In this document: piece after piece, positions 29,952 to 38,137 of the stretch | Layout of the letters: each line of letters opens with the position of its first letter | Position numbering within the stretch: position 1 is the first letter of the stretch | Virus record (IMG/VR): IMGVR_UViG_3300009425_000016 | Location: 1 to 64,000 of that record | Origin: an uncultured virus (IMG/VR IMGVR_UViG_3300009425_000016) | Taxonomy: Duplodnaviria > Heunggongvirae > Uroviricota > Caudoviricetes | DNA length: 64,000 nucleotides | Reading direction: 5' to 3' (one strand) | Position numbers and translations under genes: made by a program | Notes under the pieces: generated by a model | What the model saw: the letters and a program-made list of their open reading frames with translations, nothing else | Told to the model about the DNA's origin: nothing | Databases searched by the model: none

Positions 29952-31309
29952 AATTCTGGAAAAACTCTTTCAAATTGTTTATGTGGTCTTAATCTATTTA
30001 AATGTGAAATATATTCTTGAAATTCGGGAAGTCTTTCAGACCAATCTTCATCATCCATGAAATTTAATAGTCCTTCATATCTTTTAATTCCATAGGATGA
30101 ATTTGCCCAATCATCAAATTCTATATTTTCTACACCGGTACATAATTTCCAATTATCTTCCATCCAAGGAAAAAACTCTTCTTCATATTTCTCTCTAATT
30201 TTATATTTTAATTCTTTTGGTATTATTTTAACATTTAATTGTGGTGGCCAATATGCCAAATGACAATTGATCATTCCTGCTCCCCCAGGCCATTTATTTA
30301 TTTTCTTATATCCTTGCTGAACTTTCCAAGATATAAATTCTGGAAGATAATTAATACTCAATGCCATAATAGTTGTTGCGGTTGTTACTGTAATATTATC
30401 ATCAGTCTGATCCATTAATTTTAAATTCTTTTCAATAATTTTCCATCTACTAGGATAGCGAATATAATCATTATATTTTCCCCAACTATCTATTGAAAAA
30501 TGAAATATTACATGTTTAAATTCACTCCACAATTTGAATAATTTATCTGGTAATTCGACTCCATTTGAATTATATCTTAATTCAATTTTAGAAGCATAGC
30601 CCATTTCAATTACTTTTTCAAGTAAAGTATAATGTTCCTCTATTATTGTACTTTCTCCTCCGGCAAAATACAATTGATAAATGTTGGGTATTTGACTGTA
30701 TAAATCTTCCCAAAAATGAGGACTTATTTTATGCCAATTATACGTTCCTCCATCTTCATTTTTTTTCCATTGACTAGTATCTTTTAATCTTTCATTTTTT
30801 ATTTTAGGATAAAAATCTAACCATTCTTTATTCCATCCAGAAGAATCATTTGGAGAACACATCACACAAGCTAATTGACATTTACTTCCTAATCGTAAAT
30901 CAATATATCTAAGTTTAGGTTCAACAGAACCATCTTCATTTGTATTTTTTATCAATTCATCTAAATCATAAATTTCTCCCCATTTATTAGTTTCCCAAAT
31001 TCTTTTGGGAATATGACCAGAATCCTCTTCTTTAAAACATTTAATACATTGAGGAGGACGTTCACCTTTCATCATCATTAATCTAGTACGCTTCATATAA
31101 TCATTATTCCACGCATCTAATAATCGAGTAGTGTTTAAATTAGCACATTGACCATCCTCATTTCTTATATTTGCCTTTGTTCTTATAGAAGAATTTGGGT
31201 CTTGAACAGCAGACGCATTCGCAGTACAACATACTCTCATATGTCCATTAGGTCTTGTTGATAAATGTATCCACGGCAATGCGCAGAAAGTTGGGGAAGG
31301 ATAATCCAT
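29930..31309 (-). CDS. N-terminal twitch-domain radical SAM enzyme
   Basis: FCALPWIH..VCC...CIKC; CQLACVMC; AGGES; likely ATG at 31309; closely resembles the second rSAM domain of 21754-25992. Confidence 0.92.
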   Translation of the reverse strand: MDYPSPTFCALPWIHLSTRPNGHMRVCCTANASAVQDPNSSIRTKANIRNEDGQCANLNTTRLLDAWNNDYMKRTRLMMMKGERPPQCIKCFKEEDSGHIPKRIWETNKWGEIYDLDELIKNTNEDGSVEPKLRYIDLRLGSKCQLACVMCSPNDSSGWNKEWLDFYPKIKNERLKDTSQWKKNEDGGTYNWHKISPHFWEDLYSQIPNIYQLYFAGGESTIIEEHYTLLEKVIEMGYASKIELRYNSNGVELPDKLFKLWSEFKHVIFHFSIDSWGKYNDYIRYPSRWKIIEKNLKLMDQTDDNITVTTATTIMALSINYLPEFISWKVQQGYKKINKWPGGAGMINCHLAYWPPQLNVKIIPKELKYKIREKYEEEFFPWMEDNWKLCTGVENIEFDDWANSSYGIKRYEGLLNFMDDEDWSERLPEFQEYISHLNRLRPHKQFERVFPELCIDMMK

Positions 31310-31343
31310 AAATTGTCTCACTAAATATTAATAACTATAATTA

Positions 31344-31351
31344 TATTTATG
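31344..31351 (-). promoter_or_regulatory. Possible late promoter (CATAAATA) ahead of the radical SAM operon
   Basis: tatttatg on + strand in the divergent intergenic gap; one mismatch to TATAAATA, in AT-rich context. Confidence 0.4.
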
Positions 31352-31361
31352 CTACTAAAAT

Positions 31362-32114
31362 ATGACTAATTTTTTTTGTTTGAAGTGGGGAAATAAATAT
31401 CCTCCAAAATATGTGAATCGATTATTCAATTCTTTAAAAATACACTATAATAATTCTTTTAATTTTCATTGTTTAACAGAAAATTCTAAAGGATTAAATA
31501 AAGATATTGAAATAAAACCAATTCCTACAACATTCGATGAATTTCCAAGAACTCAAATTTTCACTTCAGAAAAAATGTGTTATTTTGGAGATTATGCTAA
31601 CATGTCAGGTAAAAAGGCATGGTTTGATTTAGATATATTGATTCAAAATAACATAACAAAATACATACATAAAAATCATCCAAAACCAAAATTTATTTGG
31701 AATTATTGGAGAGATTCATCGGCCTCAAAATTAAATTATGGATATTTAACAACTCCTATAAATTCTTCATTTGTTGCTTGGGATAATGATGCTGGATATG
31801 AAATGTATGAAAATTTATTAAAAACAAAAAAGGAAGCATTCTTTTCATATCCATCTTTCGATAAATTCATATTTTATCAATGTCATCGCAAAAAAATGGT
31901 AGATTTCTGGCCTTCAACCACTGCCTATAATTACAATATAGGTGCAAAATTTCCAAATGATATGACTCCAACAGAATATAAAAAACGTTATAAAATATGT
32001 CTATTCAATACTTCACATAAAGCATGGGCAAAAGAACATGAACAACATGTAGAATTACATGATGCACAAGGATGGGCAAAAGAATTATGGGAAAGTTATA
32101 ATGTCATCTTATGA
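31362..32114 (+). CDS. Glycosyltransferase (GT-A, phage type)
   Basis: CLKWGNKY..YVNRL, FHCLTE, WFDLDILI (DxD), NSSFVAW. Confidence 0.8.
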   Translation: MTNFFCLKWGNKYPPKYVNRLFNSLKIHYNNSFNFHCLTENSKGLNKDIEIKPIPTTFDEFPRTQIFTSEKMCYFGDYANMSGKKAWFDLDILIQNNITKYIHKNHPKPKFIWNYWRDSSASKLNYGYLTTPINSSFVAWDNDAGYEMYENLLKTKKEAFFSYPSFDKFIFYQCHRKKMVDFWPSTTAYNYNIGAKFPNDMTPTEYKKRYKICLFNTSHKAWAKEHEQHVELHDAQGWAKELWESYNVIL

Positions 32115-32634
32115 AACTTTATTAAAAACAAAACATAAAAAATTTAAATATTTAATTGAATATTCTAATAATAAAGATGTTCAAAAAATATCATGGCGAG
32201 TATTTGACGAAATCATGATACATTATGAAGAAGAGCCCGTACATTTTTTATGTAGTTGGTTCTGTCATATAGAAGTGGATGATTTTGAATTATTCGGGTA
32301 TAAGTGCTATTATTATGATATAGATCCTATGGTATGCAAAATTAATAAATTAATAACAAAGAATGTTATTAATAAAGATGTTATATTTGATGATGTTAAA
32401 ATAGAAGACGGTATAATTGTAAACAAATATTGTGAAACATGTTATCCTGTTGGTAGAAAGTTCTCAGGAAAGTTTGTTTTAGTTGGTTCTGATAATCCAC
32501 ATCTATCTTGTATTAATCCGATAAATAGTTGTCAACAAATTATAGATCAAAATCAATTAACAACAATTCATTATAAAACTGAAATAAAAGGTAAACATAA
32601 TTATTATTTGGTGGTAGGATGCAATCAACTATAG
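32101..32634 (+). CDS. Degenerate methyltransferase-fold protein, paralog of 32619-33512
   Basis: LCSWF, YYDIDP, VNKYCE, GSDN..CIN parallel GGWF, FYEKD, INTSGEH, QSND..HINC; ATG at 32101. Confidence 0.55.
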   Translation: MSSYETLLKTKHKKFKYLIEYSNNKDVQKISWRVFDEIMIHYEEEPVHFLCSWFCHIEVDDFELFGYKCYYYDIDPMVCKINKLITKNVINKDVIFDDVKIEDGIIVNKYCETCYPVGRKFSGKFVLVGSDNPHLSCINPINSCQQIIDQNQLTTIHYKTEIKGKHNYYLVVGCNQL

Positions 32635-33512
32635 AAAAATTAAAAAAATTTGAAGATAATATTGAAAAGAAAAATCAAGAAATTAGAGATTCTGCAGGAA
32701 ATATTAGAAAAACTATTGGAAAATTAAAAAATGATGTTAGAAAAACTATTGGAAAATATAAAACAAATGTTGGAAAAAATAAAAAACATGTAAGTGATAC
32801 CACAAAAAAAATTAATAAATTACCATATCATAAAATAGAACAATGGATAATAAACAATCAGGTTGGTAGTTTAGAAAGTTATCAAGATTCTTTATCACAT
32901 GGACAATTATCTTCAAAACAATGGTTAGTTGACAAATTACCCAAAGGAAAAGATTTATATCTTGAAGTTATTTCAGACGGAACGCCAACTATTTTAGGAT
33001 ATACACAACATTTACCTTTGGTCAATAGTGAAGGTAATACTGACCCATACCCTGAATCATCTTTATATATTGAAATTATTGGTGGATGGTTTGGTTGTCC
33101 ATTAATAGATCTGTTACATTCTAAATTAGAAATAAAAAAAATAGACTTTTATGAAAAAGATGAATTATGTAAAAAAATATTAGCACAATATCTAAATCAT
33201 TTTGAATTTCCCTTTGAGATTTCTATTTTCGGAGATTTTTTTGAAAGAAAAGAAATTAGACGTAGAGATTTAATCATTAATACCTCAGGAGAACATATGG
33301 AAGATATTATAAAAATGAAACATTATTTTAAAGGAAATCCTGTAGTTGCTATACAATCAAATGATTATTTTGGATTAGATGAACATATCAATTGTGTTCA
33401 TAATGTTGAAGAATTAATTGAAAAAAATCAAATTAAAAATGTGGTATATAAAGGTAGATTAGATTTTCCAAAATATACAAGATATATGACCATAGGTCAT
33501 TGGTATGTTTAA
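32619..33512 (+). CDS. Phage methyltransferase-fold protein with N-terminal coiled coil
   Basis: GQLSSKQWLV, IIGGWFG, LIINTSGEHM, QSNDY...HINCV, RYMTIG. Confidence 0.65.
   Translation: MQSTIEKLKKFEDNIEKKNQEIRDSAGNIRKTIGKLKNDVRKTIGKYKTNVGKNKKHVSDTTKKINKLPYHKIEQWIINNQVGSLESYQDSLSHGQLSSKQWLVDKLPKGKDLYLEVISDGTPTILGYTQHLPLVNSEGNTDPYPESSLYIEIIGGWFGCPLIDLLHSKLEIKKIDFYEKDELCKKILAQYLNHFEFPFEISIFGDFFERKEIRRRDLIINTSGEHMEDIIKMKHYFKGNPVVAIQSNDYFGLDEHINCVHNVEELIEKNQIKNVVYKGRLDFPKYTRYMTIGHWYV
32704..32757 (+). repeat. 21-bp direct repeat with 33-bp period (RKTIGK x2)
   Basis: ttagaaaaactattggaaaat at 32704-32724 and 32737-32757. Confidence 0.85.
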
Positions 33513-34140
33513 ATACGCAGTCGCATGTATATGTGTTGGTGACAAATACAATGTAAAAGATATAAAACGTCTAGAAAAAATGGTTTTTGAAAATACCACA
33601 TATAATATAAACTTTCGAGTATTTGATGAACCAATTCTTCCCAAATGGTGGACTAAAGTTTTATATCATTCCCCCATGATAGAACAATTCGAAGAAGAAG
33701 TTGTATTAGCATTTGATTTAGATGTTATCATTAAGGGCAATATAGATAAACTATTTGATTGGGTTGAACAACAAAATTATCTATGTGCATGTTGGAGTAG
33801 ATGGAGAGAACATATGGAGAATTTTGAAAAGCGGAGGATACAAAAAGAATGTTGCACTCCTTATAACTCCTCTATATTAGGATGGAAACCAAATAACAGT
33901 TTAAAAGTATGGGAAGAATTTGAATTTGAAGATATTGAAAAATGTGGTGGATTTGATATATATCTTTGGATGAAATATCTTGATCCCATTCGTATACCAG
34001 ACCATTTTTATTATTCTGCTAGTCATTCTAATTATCAAGAATTAGATTATCCAATAGCCCTTTTTAATAAAGGATATTCTGACGGACTAGAAAAGGGGGA
34101 AATATATTCTACTGTTCATTGGACTAAAAAATATATCTAA
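33505..34140 (+). CDS. Glycosyltransferase (GT-A, phage type), paralog of 31362-32114
   Basis: CICVGDKY, PKWWTKV, AFDLDVII (DxD), YNSSILGW. Confidence 0.8.
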   Translation: MFKYAVACICVGDKYNVKDIKRLEKMVFENTTYNINFRVFDEPILPKWWTKVLYHSPMIEQFEEEVVLAFDLDVIIKGNIDKLFDWVEQQNYLCACWSRWREHMENFEKRRIQKECCTPYNSSILGWKPNNSLKVWEEFEFEDIEKCGGFDIYLWMKYLDPIRIPDHFYYSASHSNYQELDYPIALFNKGYSDGLEKGEIYSTVHWTKKYI

Positions 34141-34808
34141 TACCAAACACCATTAGGACTTTCATGTACTAATCCTATATCCTCTTTTAAAACTTCATTA
34201 CAAAATTCCACATCTTCATGAAGATCATTATTCATCATAAATCCAACTGAAAATCTATTACAATTTGTTCCCGCACAATGCCAAGCATATTCTTTATTTT
34301 CTTCAACATGATCTAAATGACTAATAATTTTCAAAGATTTAATATTCCATCCTACAGTATCTTGATATTCTTCAATTTCTTTTGAATCACCATAAATTCT
34401 AGAAATACCTGCACCCGTTTCTGACCAAGAAAATATTATATTTCTGCCTGGGATATTCGCATTATGATGCCATGCAACATATCCATCAGGGGGGTAATGT
34501 TGACATAAAGGACTTCTTCTTGCTCCCACTAAAGAAGCTAATTTATTTGATAATTTTAAAAGTTCTTCATGAGGTTCAGAAGCTTCCAGACCAAAATCAT
34601 TTGATAATATATGTGTAGGCCCGCCAGATCCTGAATCACCTTCCATCATATTAAACAAATATTCATCAGAAATAGCCTCTTCTTTTGAAATTATTTCTCT
34701 TTTATTACTATCTTCAATATTTCCATCACTTTTAATAAAATCGAATATAAAAGGTTCAAATAATTTTAAAATTTTTAAAATATCTTGTGGTATATCTTTT
34801 TCAATCAT
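34137..34808 (-). CDS. Putative 2OG-Fe(II) oxygenase-like (cupin) protein
   Basis: YPPDGYVAWHHNAN, WHCAGTNCNRFSVG. Confidence 0.65.
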   Translation of the reverse strand: MIEKDIPQDILKILKLFEPFIFDFIKSDGNIEDSNKREIISKEEAISDEYLFNMMEGDSGSGGPTHILSNDFGLEASEPHEELLKLSNKLASLVGARRSPLCQHYPPDGYVAWHHNANIPGRNIIFSWSETGAGISRIYGDSKEIEEYQDTVGWNIKSLKIISHLDHVEENKEYAWHCAGTNCNRFSVGFMMNNDLHEDVEFCNEVLKEDIGLVHESPNGVWY

Positions 34809-35532
34809 GCCAACCTGTTCCTTTGGGATAACTTAAAAATACAATATCTGAATAATTAACATTTTCTATTTCACAATCATATCCTGGTGCTGTAAAATTC
34901 CATAAACAATCATCATTTTTTATTGTATTAAAATACCAATTCCATTTTATATCATTTCTGTACCATTCATCTTCTTTATCACATAACATTAAATGTAATG
35001 GAAATTGATCCCACATTTCAACAGGACCTTTCTCATATTTAAAATCCCATCTTGAATGCCAATTATGCTCCATCTTCCATTGCCAATTATTCCACCATTC
35101 CTCCATAAATGTTTTCATTTTTTTATTATTTTTCCAAACAAAAGCACCACCATGAGGTCTTTCTTCTTCATGAATGTTCCACCAACATGCTGATGCACAA
35201 TAAGGTCTAATTTTCGTAAAAACTATATCATTATCACAAAGTGCATCAAATACATTATTTGCATTGTCTGATAAACAAACTACATCAGCATCTAAAAAAC
35301 ATGTAATATCATAGGGGGTTTTTGTTAATGCCCACAATTTAGCCCTGATTGTTTTAGGAGCACCGCCAATAACATTGTCAAATATATGATTTCCTGGATC
35401 TAAGATCCATTCATTGTCAGTAACTAATGTGATTGGATATTGTGTATATTCTTTTATGCTGTCGGCGAGGAGTTGTGCCGCAGTAAGAAATCTTTTATTT
35501 TTGGAAGCGACAACAAGAAATCCATTATTCAT
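34801..35532 (-). CDS. Glycosyltransferase (GT-A / nucleotide-diphospho-sugar transferase)
   Basis: RAKLWALTKTPYDITCFLDAD (DxD), HGGAFVW, WDQF; likely start MNNG at 35532. Confidence 0.8.
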   Translation of the reverse strand: MNNGFLVVASKNKRFLTAAQLLADSIKEYTQYPITLVTDNEWILDPGNHIFDNVIGGAPKTIRAKLWALTKTPYDITCFLDADVVCLSDNANNVFDALCDNDIVFTKIRPYCASACWWNIHEEERPHGGAFVWKNNKKMKTFMEEWWNNWQWKMEHNWHSRWDFKYEKGPVEMWDQFPLHLMLCDKEDEWYRNDIKWNWYFNTIKNDDCLWNFTAPGYDCEIENVNYSDIVFLSYPKGTGWHD

Positions 35533-35992
35533 TTTCTTCAATTGCTGGTTTGAGAACATTTCCCCATTCAGTAAGACCATGAATTGGATCACTGATTGAT
35601 TTTAGTAATAATACAGTAACCCACGCATTTAATTCTACAAGATTTGTTGATTTTCTTATTTTGGAACGAAGAATTTTATCTTTAGACTCTTTCACTTCTG
35701 ATATTTCAAATGCTTTTAATTTTGTATCAAATAATGTTTTTAAATCATCTTGAGCTTTATCTGATTCTTCTTCTTTTTTTTGATTTATTATTTTTCTTTG
35801 AGAATGGGCATGTGAGAAATCATCTATTTCTTTAGGAGTAAATTTTTTGAAAAATTCTTCCCAATGCTCTGTTCCTACAGAGGTTTGTATCGAATATGTA
35901 TCATCATCATTTGTGTTTTTTAATAAAATTGCAATAGAGGTTTTTTCAGAATTAGTCCAAATTCCTTCAACCACTTCATCACTAAATATCAT
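35525..35992 (-). CDS. Hypothetical protein (possible fibre/adhesin chaperone)
   Basis: Directly downstream of 36014-37108; C-terminal LFDTKLKAFEISEVKES...IRKS. Confidence 0.65.
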   Translation of the reverse strand: MIFSDEVVEGIWTNSEKTSIAILLKNTNDDDTYSIQTSVGTEHWEEFFKKFTPKEIDDFSHAHSQRKIINQKKEEESDKAQDDLKTLFDTKLKAFEISEVKESKDKILRSKIRKSTNLVELNAWVTVLLLKSISDPIHGLTEWGNVLKPAIEENE

Positions 35993-36013
35993 AATTTATC
36001 CTATTATATTGTA

Positions 36014-37108
36014 TTATCCAATTCTCTTATAAAGATTATAAGTGGTTATAATGTTAGAGCTACCATCATTTTGAATTGTAGCTCCTGTCCAATACCCAGT
36101 ATATTGTCCGGTATATTGTCCGCTATATTGTGTAGAATATTGTCCAGTGTAATATGGCCCGTATCGAGCTCCACCAAAGTTTCCATATTGTACTCTATAT
36201 TGTCCTGACCACTGACCAGTATATTGTCCGGTATATTGTCCGCTATATTGTGTAGAATATTGTTGATTTGCTACAGAACACATATAGTCAGTAAATCCAC
36301 CAACTTGTGTCCAAGTTCCAGATCCAGATGCTGATCCCGTTTTTATTTCATAATTTCCCACATTATTTCCACCACTGCCTCCAGTAATACGATTCATCCA
36401 ATGTGCGACTAATGTTTCTATTTCCGCATCTGTCATTTCTTGAACATCTCCACCAGTTCCCTTATATTTTACTGGTTGTTTGCTTCCCACACTACCTGTA
36501 GAAGTTTTTCTCCAAAGATAAATATTTGTGCTGTGTGAATCTTGTGCGGTTGTTTGTGCATAAGCTGCATGTTCTCCACCAGAGGGGGCATTAGTTCCTC
36601 CATGAACATCTATCCACGTTCCTCCTAATGAACCTGAGGGATTGCTTGCTCCCAAATAATATGAACCAACTCCCGTATTGGCTCCCGTTAAAACATATAC
36701 TTCTTGACAACATCTCATAATATCATCTACCAATTTAGCGGTATTCATTTCTTGTAAGACGCCCGATCCTTCCCAAGCTAAAGGCCATACTTCTCCTCCT
36801 GTGGCTTCTGCGGAATTATCATTTGCGCGAAGACCATATGAATTGACTGTAGAAGATCCACTACCAGTAGGATGATACCCCACAGCATCATCTCTTTTAG
36901 TATCAATGAAGTGTCCTAAATTTCCAGTTGTAGTTGTTGATCTTAATTGAATGTTTCCGCGTTGTGCATCAGATTGGTCACTTGCCCATTTTGCTAAAAT
37001 AACAGGAACAATTTTATCCTTTATATTAGCATCTGTCATTTCTCTTAAACTGCTGTTACCTGGGTCTAAATCTGATACCCACAACGGTCTATTATCACCT
37101 GCCGCCAT
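36014..37108 (-). CDS. Putative fibre-tip/adhesin virion protein with a QY/QW tetrapeptide ladder
   Basis: Last gene of the fibre block; G/S/T-rich; three P-L/V...EM(T/N) repeats; C-terminal (Q-Y/W-x-x)n tract. Confidence 0.7.
   Translation of the reverse strand: MAAGDNRPLWVSDLDPGNSSLREMTDANIKDKIVPVILAKWASDQSDAQRGNIQLRSTTTTGNLGHFIDTKRDDAVGYHPTGSGSSTVNSYGLRANDNSAEATGGEVWPLAWEGSGVLQEMNTAKLVDDIMRCCQEVYVLTGANTGVGSYYLGASNPSGSLGGTWIDVHGGTNAPSGGEHAAYAQTTAQDSHSTNIYLWRKTSTGSVGSKQPVKYKGTGGDVQEMTDAEIETLVAHWMNRITGGSGGNNVGNYEIKTGSASGSGTWTQVGGFTDYMCSVANQQYSTQYSGQYTGQYTGQWSGQYRVQYGNFGGARYGPYYTGQYSTQYSGQYTGQYTGYWTGATIQNDGSSNIITTYNLYKRIG
36096..36263. repeat. Exact 48-bp direct repeat, 120-bp spacing, within a 12-bp-period coding array
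   Basis: ccagtatattgtccggtatattgtccgctatattgtgtagaatattgt at 36096-36143 and 36216-36263. Confidence 0.95.
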
Positions 37109-37121
37109 ATTTTATCCTTTA

Positions 37122-38132
37122 TTATGGTCCTAATCTTGTTCCTGAGGTATTGAATACACCAAAAGTAACCCATTGTGCTAATCCATTTCCGTCAGAATCT
37201 TGTAACAATTTATATTGTGCGGGAGATCCGCCTGAAATTGTGACAGTATTAGATAAAGTTACAGTATTTCCATGTCCCATTGTTATAGCTACATCTCTAC
37301 CCAATCCACCAAGAAGACCACTATCAATAATGACTTCTTGTGCTGCATTCATTGTAATAGTATCTTCTGCTTCAGAATTTTGAATAATATTTCCGGATAA
37401 TTTAAGCTTATCAGCAGTTACTTGTACGGTTCCGTTTACAGCATTATCAATGGTTTCCCCGTTGCCAAATGTAATAGTATTCCCACCAAATGATACATTA
37501 TCACTAATTTCCCATTTGGTTCCTGTATCATTCCACAATATACTATGATCAGTCGCTCCATCATTTACTTGAATACCGGCACCAGTAGCAGTTGCTGTAG
37601 TTTTTGTCTCAGCATTTGATAATTCAATAGTTTTGTCTGTAACAACAACTGTCGTCGATTCTACTACAGTTTGTGTACCTTGAATAGTTAAATTTCCTGT
37701 AATAACTGTATGAGCCGCCGCCAATTGTAAATGAGAAGCACTTAGTCCAATTTTAGCTGAAGTTTCGGCTATGATTTGAGATGTATTAACTAATATTTTC
37801 TCATTCCCTGCACTAGCATTTCCTGCATAAATTTTTATTTCATCTTCATCATTACCCCATCCTTCATGGACTGTAATTTTTGTATCTTTATCTTTATCTG
37901 TTAAATCACCAAATGATACCCACTCCGCATCATGATATCCTTCATATTTTCCTAAAGTTGAATTATATCTAACTTGACCAGTATTCGGACCATACACTCC
38001 CGCGGGTCTTTGAGCAGTGGTTCCAACAGGAACGGTCATATAACCAGTAGTGTTGAAAATCGTGTTTCCTGTGATTACCTGATCACCATCGATATCAACT
38101 GTTTGTGATAATTCATAAGCTCGTGATGTCAT
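37122..38132 (-). CDS. Tail fibre-like virion structural protein
   Basis: VPVGTTAQRP...GQVRYNSTLGKYEGY..W, DKDKDTKITV, GNLTIQGT..VESTTVVVTDKTIEL fibre motifs. Confidence 0.75.
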   Translation of the reverse strand: MTSRAYELSQTVDIDGDQVITGNTIFNTTGYMTVPVGTTAQRPAGVYGPNTGQVRYNSTLGKYEGYHDAEWVSFGDLTDKDKDTKITVHEGWGNDEDEIKIYAGNASAGNEKILVNTSQIIAETSAKIGLSASHLQLAAAHTVITGNLTIQGTQTVVESTTVVVTDKTIELSNAETKTTATATGAGIQVNDGATDHSILWNDTGTKWEISDNVSFGGNTITFGNGETIDNAVNGTVQVTADKLKLSGNIIQNSEAEDTITMNAAQEVIIDSGLLGGLGRDVAITMGHGNTVTLSNTVTISGGSPAQYKLLQDSDGNGLAQWVTFGVFNTSGTRLGP

Positions 38133-38137
38133 TTTTA

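Noticed and set aside
31336..31345. tataattata palindrome as an operator
   Set aside because: A 10-bp all-AT palindrome is expected by chance at this base composition
3558..35992. Island as a bacterial biosynthetic cluster or chimeric host contig
   Set aside because: It is flanked on both sides by co-oriented T4-like late genes, tightly packed, contains late-promoter motifs and has no integrase or transposase; read-level confirmation is still advisable
36096..36263. 48-bp repeats as a CRISPR array or a DGR template/variable pair
   Set aside because: Only two copies, both in frame in a coding tract, identical with no adenine-specific mismatches; no cas or reverse transcriptase gene in the window
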